Below are positions 8,962-20,102 of a DNA stretch of 64,000 nt, in pieces. The DNA comes from an uncultured Candidatus Saccharibacteria bacterium. Its GTDB lineage: Bacteria; Patescibacteriota; Saccharimonadia; CAILAD01; BJGX01. Location of the stretch: contig CAYMHI010000002.1 of the NCBI GenBank assembly GCA_964390265.1, positions 4,254 to 68,253 of the forward strand. Reading direction: 5' to 3'. The position numbers and the translations under genes are program-made. Numbering within the stretch: the stretch's first letter is position 1; each line of letters opens with the position of its first letter. The notes under the pieces were generated by a model. That model made no database searches, was not told the DNA's origin, and saw only the letters and a list, made by a program, of their open reading frames with translations.

Positions 8962-11900
8962 CTGTCACCGACCAGTGCCACGGCTCTGACTCTAAATTAA
9001 TTAGACCATAGTTAGCCGCGTTGGCTACTAACCAATTAAAACCCGGGCTTCCTCTGTCAATCGTATTACCACCTGTAGTAAAGTCAATAGCTAAACCTTT
9101 TTCGTGGTTAGATGTACCAGGTATTGCAGTAGGTACTCTACAGCTACTAGGTGAAGCAGTGAAAACATCTGGGCAGCCATTAGTAGTACGTAAACCAACT
9201 TGTTCTTCATACGATCTAAAACCACCGCCACCAAATAATATGCCAGCCGCCTGTGCGTCTTTTAGTAATTTATTAAGCTGACTTGCTAGTGATACGTTAA
9301 TATCTATTACTCCACCACCTGGTGCGGCAACATCACAAACCATTATCTTATTAGCAGGTACCTGACCTGGTCCATAAGTTTGGGCAACTCCGTTAACTAG
9401 GTTTGGGCCAGTACTAGTAGTTATGCCTGGTTCACTTGGGCAAGGGGTACCGCTTGTGTCGGCATCGGGGTCGGGTGCACCAATCGGGCCAGTTGGTCCG
9501 CTAGTGCCGCTATTAGCATAAATACTTGGGTTGTCGGCATCACTACTTAGGCTTGCCATTTGGTCTAATACTATATTGTAGTACACATACATACGGTACT
9601 TAACCGGTAAAGAATTAATATCTTTGGCGTCTTGTAGTATTTCTTTACAGTCATTAAATTTATTAAACTTACCCTCTGGATCATCGGTTCGTACTGCCGC
9701 AACGTTTCCGTTAGCATCTAATATTACACCCCTGTGCCACTCTGGGTGAAAGATAAACCATTGTACTGCATTAGCCCCGGGATACTTATCTCTAATACTA
9801 TCAGTTAATGTTCGATTACCAATTTCGCTCAAAGGCTTTGTTCTAATCTTAAAGTACTGGCTTGTAGGTATTTTTTGTTTAAAGCACGAATCATAATGTG
9901 TGAGTTTACGTTTTTCTGCCGGGCTACCATTAGCTTTTAGGTTTTCTATATAGGTAGCATTTTCTAGCATACTAATATTAAAATCACCCTGGGGTATGCC
10001 GGCCGTATCTATCTTGAGGTATTTGTCTCCGCTGGTATTGGCAGCAAAGGCCTTATTGTGCTGACCAAAGCTATAGTAAAGCGCTGAACTATGAATATTT
10101 GCGAGTGATTTTAATGGGTTAAGTAGTTGTTTAAACAATCCTGTTCCTGCTGTCATGGCGGTTTTGGGGGTAACGGTATTTTGATTAATAATACTTCGCG
10201 CCGATCGTATATTATCTAATGCAAACAGCCTATAGCCTACCCCCCTGTCCTTTTCTTCTTCTCTACGTAGGTTTTCAGAGTCGATAGCTACTTGATTGGC
10301 CTCGGTCTCCGTTAAAAACCTTCCACCTATTCTTAAAAAGTAATCATTCATTAATTGCCTAAACCCAGCGGCCTGACGATTATAATTATCTGGGCCAGAT
10401 TCTAAACCACTAACTGCAGTAACCGAGCCAGTTCTTACAAAAGAAGTAATAATCTCTTTGAGGCCAAAATCTGATGGGCTATTAAATACTCCCTCTGATT
10501 GAGCAACAATTTCTAGCTTGAGATCGCGATAGCCATCAGCCACCATTTTATTACCAGTATCAGCTAATGCATCGCCAAATATTCCACCCGGGGCGCTTAT
10601 AAAAACGCATCCATTTTTTAATTTCTGTATAGCCTCTGTGTCATATAAAGCAGTCTGTCTGGCGTTGTAAGACCTTGTAGAGGTGGCCTCTGGGTTTTGT
10701 TGTACTCCATTTAAGGAGTTATGTACGTCAATTGAGTATGCAGCACTACTAGCCCAATTATCTTGCTGAGCAATAGTAGAGTTGTTTTCTACATTGCTGA
10801 GTTGATCGGCCTTGCGGGTGTCGGCTAGAGTGGTAATTTTAATTGCGCCCCGTTCTGTACTAGCTAGTCTACTCTCTATCGCTTTTCTAGCGTTCTTAGC
10901 AGACTCCTCTTCTGTAGGGTCGTCACCTAAATCTAAAAATCCCATAATAAAAGGACAAAGTGTATTGGCTAAACCAGTGGTTACGACTCGCGATTGACCA
11001 TTATCTTTAGTGGGAATATTAATATAACTCTGTAATTGCATATCATAAGGACTTTTACCTGCGGCCATATCTTCATACATCTTGTTGATACCTGCAACCA
11101 AGTTAGACTTGTCGTCGCTGTAAGGTATTTGATCGTCTGGGTTGGCGGCGTTATATTCTCTTACGGCGTCTCTATAGCTATTTTGAATTATATCTATTTG
11201 GCCCTGATAATTAGAGAAATCAATTGAATCCTCTTTTTTTGGAGTTATACGGTTAAGAGTTTTATCATATACATACCTGTCTACCTCGGCTTTATTTCTT
11301 CTAAACTCCTCAGTATCTTTTTTGCTTGCATAATTGAGCCTAACGTCGGCTAACTGGTTAATTTCTCTAGTAACTGGCTGACGAGCCATCAAATTAAATA
11401 TTGGGTACTGTTGTTGAATGCAGTTTGTGGCTAGTATGTTATTGCTTAGATTGTCAATCTGAATTGTAGTGTCCGTCTTGGTGTTTACTACGTAATCTGG
11501 TACAAACCGTACTCTACCCTCACTATTAATTACTTGCTTTAGCTTGAGTTCATAGCCGCAACCTTTTTTATCAAGTGTTTGGTACTGAGCTTTCTTCCAA
11601 TCAATTTTTGAAAGACGCTCAAGGGTAGAGCCTGGCGGTATAGTTGTAGGTGCTGCAGCAATAGCAGTGTTGGGTCCGTGGTAATCTACCTCTCCAAGGC
11701 CAGGTAGAGCATCTATAGCATCTTTTAGAATATTTTTGCCAAAGGCCCTAGCGAGGTCATAGCCATAATCTCGCAATTTTTGATTAGTTAAGACTTTACC
11801 AATAATTTCGTCGGGGTTTTGCATGATATAAAAAAATGTAAATAGTGGTATAAGCGAAATAACCACAGTTACTAATAAAATTACCCCTACTCCGCGTATA

Positions 11901-12397
11901 CCCCCTGCTTTTTCAAAAGCAGTACCCGCACCTGGCGCTATAAATTTATTTAACCCCTCCTTAATTGCTAAATTAGCTGCTTGCTCGGCTTTACCGGCTT
12001 TGGCCTCGGTATTTTTTTCCATAGGGGTTTTAGGTACTTTTTTACCAGCCTTACCTCCAGCCCCACCATCAGACTTATCGGATAATTTTTTTAAAGCATC
12101 TAAAGTTTTGGATTGCTTAGGATCTTTTGCGGCTCCGCCCCCTGCAGCACTTTTAGCTAATTTATCGCCGGCACCACCTTTTACACCTAGTGGAGCAGAT
12201 TTTAAGTTATCCATGCTTGTTGGTAAATCTTTGGCTGGATTAAAAGCTGATTGCTTACCAGCTCCTCCACCCATTTCTTTACCGGCGCTACCCTTGTCTA
12301 GTGGGCTAACTGGCAAATTACCGTCACCCAAGCCCTCACTTTGGCCAGGCATGTTTTTCTTACTATTGCCTTCGCTTTTTTTGGGGTTATTATCCAT
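8954..12397 (-). CDS. Large membrane-anchored protein with C-terminal M15 (VanY-like) peptidase domain
   Basis: Low-complexity N-terminus, one TM; GFRSYEEQ, PGTSNHEKGLAIDF, EPWHWS. Confidence 0.85.
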   Translation of the reverse strand: MDNNPKKSEGNSKKNMPGQSEGLGDGNLPVSPLDKGSAGKEMGGGAGKQSAFNPAKDLPTSMDNLKSAPLGVKGGAGDKLAKSAAGGGAAKDPKQSKTLDALKKLSDKSDGGAGGKAGKKVPKTPMEKNTEAKAGKAEQAANLAIKEGLNKFIAPGAGTAFEKAGGIRGVGVILLVTVVISLIPLFTFFYIMQNPDEIIGKVLTNQKLRDYGYDLARAFGKNILKDAIDALPGLGEVDYHGPNTAIAAAPTTIPPGSTLERLSKIDWKKAQYQTLDKKGCGYELKLKQVINSEGRVRFVPDYVVNTKTDTTIQIDNLSNNILATNCIQQQYPIFNLMARQPVTREINQLADVRLNYASKKDTEEFRRNKAEVDRYVYDKTLNRITPKKEDSIDFSNYQGQIDIIQNSYRDAVREYNAANPDDQIPYSDDKSNLVAGINKMYEDMAAGKSPYDMQLQSYINIPTKDNGQSRVVTTGLANTLCPFIMGFLDLGDDPTEEESAKNARKAIESRLASTERGAIKITTLADTRKADQLSNVENNSTIAQQDNWASSAAYSIDVHNSLNGVQQNPEATSTRSYNARQTALYDTEAIQKLKNGCVFISAPGGIFGDALADTGNKMVADGYRDLKLEIVAQSEGVFNSPSDFGLKEIITSFVRTGSVTAVSGLESGPDNYNRQAAGFRQLMNDYFLRIGGRFLTETEANQVAIDSENLRREEEKDRGVGYRLFALDNIRSARSIINQNTVTPKTAMTAGTGLFKQLLNPLKSLANIHSSALYYSFGQHNKAFAANTSGDKYLKIDTAGIPQGDFNISMLENATYIENLKANGSPAEKRKLTHYDSCFKQKIPTSQYFKIRTKPLSEIGNRTLTDSIRDKYPGANAVQWFIFHPEWHRGVILDANGNVAAVRTDDPEGKFNKFNDCKEILQDAKDINSLPVKYRMYVYYNIVLDQMASLSSDADNPSIYANSGTSGPTGPIGAPDPDADTSGTPCPSEPGITTSTGPNLVNGVAQTYGPGQVPANKIMVCDVAAPGGGVIDINVSLASQLNKLLKDAQAAGILFGGGGFRSYEEQVGLRTTNGCPDVFTASPSSCRVPTAIPGTSNHEKGLAIDFTTGGNTIDRGSPGFNWLVANAANYGLINLESEPWHWSVTGG

Positions 12398-12511
12398 TTT
12401 ATATATTAAAACTCATTATATATTTGCAACAAAACTCTTATCCTTATATTCAACAATTATAGCATGTATTGACAGGCTATCTACTCAGACTAAACCATAA
12501 AATAATTAGGT

Positions 12512-14371
12512 CTAACCCGTCGCTTGTTCTACCGAAATATCTTGTCCATCGCCTACACTACTAACTGCCTTGCCGGCATCTATAAGGTCTTGAGGGTTAG
12601 TAGTGATTAGCTCTGTTTCGGTGGGACTAGCCAAAACATGCAGAATAATGTGACTAAGCCCAGCAAAGAACAGACCCTCACCTACCGGAAACTGACTAAG
12701 GCGTTTTTTCTCTTCACTAGTTAGTTTAAAAGTCTCAGCTACTACATCTACTGCAGCTGGGTTTTGTTTGAGTAATAGCTGTAGGCTTGAGTTATTTACA
12801 ATTGCTCTACCTAAGCGTGTACCTAAAAAGTCCTCTACATCTTGAGAGATGGTAGTTAAGCCCAAAAAGTACTTACGAGCGCGTTTAGCAATAGAGAACA
12901 TAAACATTGCTGAGTCTTGATACTGCATTAACTGCCAAGCCTCATCAATTATTAATATGCGCTTTTTCTTCTCAGACTTTACTCTGTTCCAGACATAGTT
13001 AAGGACTATATACATACCAATTGGTCGTAGCTCGTCTTCAAGGTCGCGAATATTAAACACCACAAATGGGTTATTAAGATTAACATTACTTTGTTGTGAG
13101 AATATACCAGAGAAAGTGCCTTCGGTAAATCGTCGCAACCTGGCAGCCAGTGCCGGGCCATTCCCACCCATTTGATTAAGGTTGTTGTATAAGTCAAGCA
13201 TCACGGGCGGCTCGGCCGTATGAGTTAGTGGATCGTTGGTAATGCCTTTTTGACCGTAGGTGTTAATAAGCGCAATGTCCAAATCTGACTCCTCGGTAGA
13301 GCTTAGCTCGCCCATCATTAGCCGCAGCAGACCATGAAGCATAATAATATTTGCTCGCAAGGCGTTATCGGCCTCATCAGAGTCTATAGCTGTGGGAATA
13401 TCAAAGGGGTTTACATGGCTATCGCTGGTAAGACTAAGCTGCAAAAAACTACCACCTACTGCGTCGCACAGTGTTCTGTATTCGTTTTCTGGGTCTATTA
13501 CTATTACCTCGGTGCCAAACATCAGCGAACGCAAGGCCTCTAGCTTAACGGCAAAAGATTTACCCGCACCAGACTTTGCAAACACCACCATATTGGCGTT
13601 TTCAAGACTAAACCTATCAAATAACACCAACCCGTTGTTGTGGCGATTAATGCCATAGAGTATACCCTCTTGGTTACTAAGATTGGCTGTAGTAAATGGG
13701 AAGGTGGTAGATATTGCACCGGTGTCCATATTTCGCTCTACCCCCAACAGGTCGGTGCCAAGCGGCAGCGTAGAGGTAAAGCCCTGCTCCATTTGAATAG
13801 TAGCTGGCTTGGTATAAATAAGGCTAGTGCCAAAGGTAGATTCTATTTTTTTAACTAGCTCATCGAGCTCTTCTAGGTTGCGCCCGTAGATTGTTACGTA
13901 TAAACCTAGTCTAAAAAATCGCTCCTCCCCCACCTGCAATTTGTCGCGCATTTCTTCGGCATCGCTTATTGAGGCCTCTAGTGCTGGGTCTCTTACCTTG
14001 CCTTTTTCGGCGTTAATTGAGTAACTTGCCTCAAGCTGAGTTACTTTCTTTTTGAGGTTTTTTAGAACTACCTGGCTTTCTACTGGCTCAATGTTGAGAC
14101 TAATATCTATAACCTCATCCATATTAATTATTGGGCTTAGCCAGCCGGTAAACAGACTGCGTGGGTAGGCGTAAACAAATAGGGTTCTGGCAAAGCGCGA
14201 ACCTATTCTTATAAAATTGGCCTCTACCTGAATGGAGCTAGGGGCAATCACATCGCGCAATGTCACCACTCCTTGGCGGTATACTTGTTGAGCCTTTTGT
14301 TCAGCACTCATGTTGGCCTGTTGCTGAGGTGTTAGCTTAGGTGCGGCAGGTTTTTTATTACCAAATATCAT
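12512..14371 (-). CDS. virB4: VirB4-like T4SS ATPase
   Basis: NMVVFAKSGAGKS Walker A, VIDPENEY, IIDEAW Walker B, KRARKY. Confidence 0.9.
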   Translation of the reverse strand: MIFGNKKPAAPKLTPQQQANMSAEQKAQQVYRQGVVTLRDVIAPSSIQVEANFIRIGSRFARTLFVYAYPRSLFTGWLSPIINMDEVIDISLNIEPVESQVVLKNLKKKVTQLEASYSINAEKGKVRDPALEASISDAEEMRDKLQVGEERFFRLGLYVTIYGRNLEELDELVKKIESTFGTSLIYTKPATIQMEQGFTSTLPLGTDLLGVERNMDTGAISTTFPFTTANLSNQEGILYGINRHNNGLVLFDRFSLENANMVVFAKSGAGKSFAVKLEALRSLMFGTEVIVIDPENEYRTLCDAVGGSFLQLSLTSDSHVNPFDIPTAIDSDEADNALRANIIMLHGLLRLMMGELSSTEESDLDIALINTYGQKGITNDPLTHTAEPPVMLDLYNNLNQMGGNGPALAARLRRFTEGTFSGIFSQQSNVNLNNPFVVFNIRDLEDELRPIGMYIVLNYVWNRVKSEKKKRILIIDEAWQLMQYQDSAMFMFSIAKRARKYFLGLTTISQDVEDFLGTRLGRAIVNNSSLQLLLKQNPAAVDVVAETFKLTSEEKKRLSQFPVGEGLFFAGLSHIILHVLASPTETELITTNPQDLIDAGKAVSSVGDGQDISVEQATG

Positions 14372-15283
14372 TTATGATTTACCTCCTGTTGCTGTAGTCG
14401 ATTGAGCCGAACTTGCAGGTGGGTTATTTGGCGCCACTTGCTGCCCTGGGCTAGGTTGTGGTTGAGCTTGCATAGCCTGGCGGTTGGCGGCTGAGTAAAG
14501 ATCGTCGGGCGTAGGTTCTTTGGGTGTAGGTGGGTGCACTTGGGCTGGGCCGCCGGTGCGCGTAACTGCCGGAGTGCCTATATCATCAACACTCGTGAGG
14601 CTTTGGCTTTGGCTCTCAGCCACATTGTAAGAGTTGTAAAACAGCTCAATTATCTCTTGAGTATTGAGTATGGCCGAGCGTACACCTATTTGGGCCAAGC
14701 CTTGGGCTACTTGGTTGGTGCGCTGCATTAACTCGTTTTTGTGTTTCTCATAATCACCCATTGACTGAGTGGCCTCAGCCGACTCATTAGATGCCCCACG
14801 CAATTTAGTAAGAATATTGGCCTTAGCAATGCCGGCCATATAGTATGGCACCACTACGTAAAAACGTTTTTCCATAATATTTACTTCATCGAGCAAACTT
14901 TTAATGTTGTCTACATAATCGTCCATTAGTGTGGCAAGCAACGGGTTGGGCTGGTCGCTTTGAATTTTTTCTAGCTTGCCCAAGTAATCGTCTAGGTCAA
15001 TTTTACGAGACTGTATAACTATTTGAATAGGGTGATGTAAGCCATTCACAAAGCCCTGAAAACCAAACTCAATAGCGTCTTTTTCGTCTGGGCTTTTAAG
15101 ATCAAAGTTGGTAGGTGAGCAAATAATTACCATACGCAAGCTGCCATCGCGCATTATTACTACCCCATCTTTTATTTCAGAAAAAGGCAAATGACTCTGA
15201 GTGCTCATTTGCTTATTCTCTTGTTTTGGCGGTGGTGTAATTGAGTTTACGTATTCTTGCTGTTGGGGGGTAACTTGTGCCAT
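14372..15283 (-). CDS. T4SS-associated protein (TraC/VirB4 N-terminal-like)
   Basis: STQSHL...EIKDGVVIMRDG, NFDLKS..E, IQIVIQSR, FYVVVPY; sits between prgI-like and virB4. Confidence 0.7.
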   Translation of the reverse strand: MAQVTPQQQEYVNSITPPPKQENKQMSTQSHLPFSEIKDGVVIMRDGSLRMVIICSPTNFDLKSPDEKDAIEFGFQGFVNGLHHPIQIVIQSRKIDLDDYLGKLEKIQSDQPNPLLATLMDDYVDNIKSLLDEVNIMEKRFYVVVPYYMAGIAKANILTKLRGASNESAEATQSMGDYEKHKNELMQRTNQVAQGLAQIGVRSAILNTQEIIELFYNSYNVAESQSQSLTSVDDIGTPAVTRTGGPAQVHPPTPKEPTPDDLYSAANRQAMQAQPQPSPGQQVAPNNPPASSAQSTTATGGKS

Positions 15284-15368
15284 ATAAAATATCTGCTATT
15301 TTTATTTTGCTTACGCTTTATTATAGCAGGTATAGTAATAGAATCTATAAGTTTGCAGTCTCTAAACT

Positions 15369-16199
15369 CTAACTACTTTGCTGCTTGAGCTGTACGCTGG
15401 CGCCAGGCTCAAGAGGCTGCGGTTGAGCCTGCTCGTTGGCTCTTAGCGCCACTTGCTTAATAGTTAGCCCTCCGCCCTGCATGGCTACTTGCGTAGCATT
15501 GGGGCTAGGGGCTGTTGAGGGCTGGGTAGAGCTGGGCTCTATTACGCTACCAGGCTTATTAATTGCCTGTTGTACTTGGTTGGCGGCTTTGTCGCGAGTG
15601 TTTTCTTTGGCGCTTTGCAGTAGCTCGCCCACGGCAGCCGCACGTTGGCTGTTTTCGTCGAGTACATCGTCTTTTTGGGTGGCCAATTGATCGGGGCCTT
15701 GGGCATCACCTTGGGCTTGCGGGCCTATTATACGCTGCGCATATATTGTGGCCTCGTTATCACCTTCGTGCAATTGAATAGTAGGATCTTTAAAATTACC
15801 TCTGGTATCTATTATATTAGCGAGCTGTTTGAGCTGGCCGGTGGTGACTGTTGAGGTTTTCTCGAGATTTTCTTTGGGTTTCTCGGGCTCTTTTACTATT
15901 ACGTCTTTTCTATCGTCTTTTATCCATATGCGTCGGCGCGGCACTATTAAAAATCTTATAAAGGCTACTACGTAGTCTTCAAACGGCACGCCCTCGCGCG
16001 AGCCAAAGCCCAGTAGTAAAAAAAACCCAGTAACCGGCAGGGCAAATATTACTGCCACTATTATAGAGAAGCTAAATATTCGCCACATCAAAAATCCCCA
16101 TAATAAACCAATTATTACGTATATAAATTGCTTTACCGAGAGTGGCCCCAGTATTTTGTCTTCGGTTTCTACATTTTGCGGTACTTTGTATTGACCCAT
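15369..16199 (-). CDS. PrgI family (VirB3-like) membrane protein
   Basis: YKVPQNVETEDKILGPLSVKQF, two TMs, PRRRIW. Confidence 0.85.
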   Translation of the reverse strand: MGQYKVPQNVETEDKILGPLSVKQFIYVIIGLLWGFLMWRIFSFSIIVAVIFALPVTGFFLLLGFGSREGVPFEDYVVAFIRFLIVPRRRIWIKDDRKDVIVKEPEKPKENLEKTSTVTTGQLKQLANIIDTRGNFKDPTIQLHEGDNEATIYAQRIIGPQAQGDAQGPDQLATQKDDVLDENSQRAAAVGELLQSAKENTRDKAANQVQQAINKPGSVIEPSSTQPSTAPSPNATQVAMQGGGLTIKQVALRANEQAQPQPLEPGASVQLKQQSS

Positions 16200-16253
16200 A
16201 GATAGTATTATAACAGTTATGTTTGTAATATTTTAGCTACTAGTTATAGGTGA

Positions 16254-18965
16254 CTAATTTTTTATTTTAACTAAGTGTATTGAGTTTGGGTTTGCTAAGT
16301 ACTCTTGGTAGGTAACCATTTGCAGCCCTAGAGAATTGTAGTCAACTCTATAGAACCCAAGCTTGTCGGTTAGTACAGATGTTGGGTGGGTAAGCAATAT
16401 ATCTTGCGCCATCACACCTACGTATTCTGTGTTGCTCCATAGGTACTTAAACTTATAAATTTTTATACCGTTTTCAAGATTATTTACCAACTTAACATTT
16501 CTTTTGAGTCTAATATCTGATCGCGGTACTGGAGCTGGTGTTGGAGGGGGTGCAGGTGGCTGATTAATGCCTTGAGTCGCAAGGTCGAAGTTTGCCCTAC
16601 CCTCGTATACTGCCCTAGCTCTTGCCACTGCAGCTTGAGGGGTTTCACCTGGTCGCGGTGTTGCAGTTTGTGGATCTTTTGCCGCGTGTCTCGCTGTGGC
16701 AGCTCTATGAACCTGTTGATAAGCTGCATATTCTCTTGTTGCTCCTGCAGGCAGAATACCAGCATCAATATCTGATTTAATAGCAGCAGGATCGCTATAC
16801 TGGTCGAGCATTGTGTTATGTAGATTGGTATATGCCCTTGCTTCTTTTACCTGCGCAGGTGTTGTTGGATCTAGTCTCCCCTGTCTCTCCATATCCCACG
16901 CTATAACAGATTCGGCATATGTTTTACCTCCAGCAGCTCTAGCTAAGGCATCGTATTTTTGCCTTTCTGAAGTGCTCATAGGGGCTTTACCATCTAATAT
17001 TGCAGCCCTAGCATCACGTTGTTTTTCGGCATGTCCTTTTTCAATAACACCTTTAGCAACGCCAGCTCTTAAAGTTGGCTTACCATCTCTTCCAGTTTCC
17101 CCTGAAATTCTCTGTTGCTCCTCAAGGTCCATAAGCCCAATATCTTTCTTTTGAGCTTCTTTTACAGAGTCCTCAAGCCTCAAGCCTTTCTGTTTAACAC
17201 CTCTCCCTGCCTTTGTGCCCTTAAGTAAACTAGATTCACTAGCTTTACCAAATCCTTTGGCTTTGAGCTCTGCCAATTTACCCTCCTGAGCACTTTTACT
17301 GACTGCTCCAGTAGCTGCTTTGCCAGCCCTAGTATCTTTGGCGTTGGCTATTGCTTTACTACCCGCCTCTTTGGCCTTGGCCATAATTGCTCCACTCATC
17401 TTGAGGGTTTTGGGTATCAATACAAGCACAATTATAGGTATTAATATTGATATGATTGAACCCATAAAATTGGCAAAACCTCCACTAGGCCCACCAGCGG
17501 TTAGGTCGCCCTCAGCAAACAAGAAAGAGAATACAGCACCCAGTACAAAAAGTAAGTTTACAAGTAAGAACATTATGCTTAGCTTAAGAAAGTACTGCCA
17601 CCATTTTTTAAAGAACTGTTCGGTGTTGGGTAGTACCCAGGCCGCAAAAGCTAGCGGAGCCGATAGTACCAGGCCAAGCAAGAATAGATAACGAGCCACT
17701 ATGTATATAAATGCTATTATCGCAACAACCAAGCCCACTAGCATTGTGAGATTGAATATTGCAAACTTACCCAAAGCCTCTAACATATCTCCACCATTTT
17801 TAATTCTATCTATCTGAGGCACGATAGTTTGCGAAAATGCCTCTGCGGGTGTAGAGCCGGTAACACCCGGAAACGCTCTAAGGATTTGATTAGGTAGCGC
17901 AATGGCCAATATATTGCCAAGGTCTAGCACTGCCTGGCATATCAGTAATGAAAACTGAGTAAGTATTATAGCTACTATTAGCTTAGGCAAAGCCTTTTTG
18001 ACCGTATAATTATCAAGACCAGGTATGGCTACAAAGTTAGCCAGTATAATAAAAAGAAATATTAGTATATAAAAAGAATTTGCTAAAGTAATCATACTGT
18101 TTACAGCATTTTTTAGGTTTTGGCTGTTAGTAAGATCGGGGTTCTCGAGTAACTTGGTAACAGCTGTAATCATCTTTGTTAGAGTGTCGGTTAAGAACTC
18201 GCTAATAGGACAGAGTACAAAACTAAGGGCGCTATCTAGATTGTCCTCGCATCCACCACTTGCCTCCAACAACTCAGCCTGCACCTCTTCTGTAAATGTA
18301 GTCGTATCTAAACCCTCACCATTAAAAGCACTTCCATCCTCCTTAACACAATTTCCAGGATTTGTAACTCCACACCTGTCGCCTGCCGGGTCTGTAAGTG
18401 CATCGTCTATATTACCAACAGCAAAAAGGTGATTAGGGTCTGAGTTGTCAGTTACAGCGCCAGTTGCATCAGATGCATATGCAAATTTTGCACTTTCTTG
18501 CGTTAAATTGAAGTGTAGACAGTTTCTAGATAACAATCCATTATTGTCTGGGTTACAAAATATTGGGTAGCCTGCATTTTGACTAAATTGAGGATTGTAA
18601 AAATAATCCCTACAAGTTGCATTTGGTGTAAGTGTTCCGCATATCAAGGTGGGATAAGTACTACCTATTTGTGAATTCCAGTCTGCTGCGTTTAGTAATG
18701 CCCCAACCGGTGTATTACTGACTATTCCACCTACCCGTGGTATGGCATTAGGATCTACTGTAAGAGTATCAAAAAAACCTAAAATAGAATTCATCAAACT
18801 ACCAACGGCATTTGGTCTTTTGCATTCAATATGCCCACTATCTTGCCATTGGCACAAAACCTCACTAGATAACGCTTGCGCCGGTTTGGCATTCAAAAAC
18901 AATCCGGCAAATACAAACACAAAAGCCAGCAAAGGTAATATTAAAAATCGGGAGAGTTTATTCAT
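16254..18965 (-). CDS. VirB6/TrbL-like polytopic membrane protein with C-terminal peptidase S74 (intramolecular chaperone) domain
   Basis: Multiple TMs with LPKLIVA and APLAFAAWVLPNTEQFFKKWW; C-terminal RSDIRLKRNV...YKFKY...GVMAQDI...VDY. Confidence 0.75.
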   Translation of the reverse strand: MNKLSRFLILPLLAFVFVFAGLFLNAKPAQALSSEVLCQWQDSGHIECKRPNAVGSLMNSILGFFDTLTVDPNAIPRVGGIVSNTPVGALLNAADWNSQIGSTYPTLICGTLTPNATCRDYFYNPQFSQNAGYPIFCNPDNNGLLSRNCLHFNLTQESAKFAYASDATGAVTDNSDPNHLFAVGNIDDALTDPAGDRCGVTNPGNCVKEDGSAFNGEGLDTTTFTEEVQAELLEASGGCEDNLDSALSFVLCPISEFLTDTLTKMITAVTKLLENPDLTNSQNLKNAVNSMITLANSFYILIFLFIILANFVAIPGLDNYTVKKALPKLIVAIILTQFSLLICQAVLDLGNILAIALPNQILRAFPGVTGSTPAEAFSQTIVPQIDRIKNGGDMLEALGKFAIFNLTMLVGLVVAIIAFIYIVARYLFLLGLVLSAPLAFAAWVLPNTEQFFKKWWQYFLKLSIMFLLVNLLFVLGAVFSFLFAEGDLTAGGPSGGFANFMGSIISILIPIIVLVLIPKTLKMSGAIMAKAKEAGSKAIANAKDTRAGKAATGAVSKSAQEGKLAELKAKGFGKASESSLLKGTKAGRGVKQKGLRLEDSVKEAQKKDIGLMDLEEQQRISGETGRDGKPTLRAGVAKGVIEKGHAEKQRDARAAILDGKAPMSTSERQKYDALARAAGGKTYAESVIAWDMERQGRLDPTTPAQVKEARAYTNLHNTMLDQYSDPAAIKSDIDAGILPAGATREYAAYQQVHRAATARHAAKDPQTATPRPGETPQAAVARARAVYEGRANFDLATQGINQPPAPPPTPAPVPRSDIRLKRNVKLVNNLENGIKIYKFKYLWSNTEYVGVMAQDILLTHPTSVLTDKLGFYRVDYNSLGLQMVTYQEYLANPNSIHLVKIKN

Positions 18966-19058
18966 AACACTTATGTTACACTATACAACTTTTTATTTAC
19001 ACCTGCAAAACTACTCACCACTCTATTAAACAACATAAGAGGTGTTATAATATCAATT

Positions 19059-19661
19059 ATGAATTTAGCTACAATTAAGCCGATGTTTGGTGCCACCGGA
19101 GCAACTTGTGGGGTACTCGATAATGTACTTGGCAAGAATCTGTGCAATACAACCGATCTCAATACTTTTATAAGTCTAGTGGCCTCAATTATTGTGAGTT
19201 TGCTTGGCTTAGTGCTAACAATAGTAATACTGTACTGTGCAATAGAAATAATAACTTCGGGCGGTAGCTCAGAGCGTATTAAATCGGCCAAAAATCGCCT
19301 CACACAAGCGGCGGTAAGTTTGGGTTTACTTATATCATTCTCGGCAATAATTGGCTTGCTTGGTATTCCAACTACACCTGGAGGACCAGGAGGTGTCAAT
19401 TCTCTATTTGCAGGTGTCGACACCTCAACTTTTGATGGCGTAGAAAAACTTATTACCAACGCAATACAAATTCTTATGATAGCTATAGGTTCGTTCTCGG
19501 TTATTTTCATTATTGTTGGTGGAATTCAATATATAATTGCAGCTGGTGGCTCTGGCGTAGAGACTGCCAAAAAAACTATTACTTATGCAGTGAGTGGGCT
19601 ATTATTGGCACTATCTACAACTGCAATTATTCAGTTAATTAATAGACTATTTTTTAGCTAG
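19059..19661 (+). CDS. Tandem double TrbC/VirB2-like pilin domain protein
   Basis: Two repeats of hydrophobic helix - GG(S) loop - AK..(L/I)T.A - hydrophobic helix. Confidence 0.7.
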   Translation: MNLATIKPMFGATGATCGVLDNVLGKNLCNTTDLNTFISLVASIIVSLLGLVLTIVILYCAIEIITSGGSSERIKSAKNRLTQAAVSLGLLISFSAIIGLLGIPTTPGGPGGVNSLFAGVDTSTFDGVEKLITNAIQILMIAIGSFSVIFIIVGGIQYIIAAGGSGVETAKKTITYAVSGLLLALSTTAIIQLINRLFFS

Positions 19662-19711
19662 CAATCATATTACTTGCTAAGCCCATACAATAAACGTTAC
19701 TATTATTAAGT

Positions 19712-20008
19712 ATGAATAATTATCATTTAATAATTGCAGCCACAGGCGGCTTACAACCACCACAAGGTCTTGGTGGGCCAGCTAATTTTGGGCAACTTGT
19801 GGCTGCGGTCACTAATGGGCTTTTACTAATCGCAGGTGCAGTTGCAGTTATTATGATAATTGTGGGAGGTATACAGTTTGCCCTATCGGCTGGAGATGAT
19901 GGTAAGGCTAAAACTGCCAGGAGTATAATAGCCAATGCTGTTATTGGGCTAGTAGTTACCTTGATGGCCTATGCAATAGTTAACTTTATAATTGCAACTT
20001 TTAAATAA
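19712..20008 (+). CDS. TrbC/VirB2-like pilin
   Basis: GAVAVIMIIVGGIQFALSAGD...ARSIIANAVIGLVV...AIVNF. Confidence 0.8.
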   Translation: MNNYHLIIAATGGLQPPQGLGGPANFGQLVAAVTNGLLLIAGAVAVIMIIVGGIQFALSAGDDGKAKTARSIIANAVIGLVVTLMAYAIVNFIIATFK

Positions 20009-20102
20009 TGACCAACGCACATGGCTCTTGCAAAATATCTGGCTTGCGCTATCATAAGAAGTAATATAAAGTATGAATTAAGTAATTATTCAGGAGAATA
20101 AA

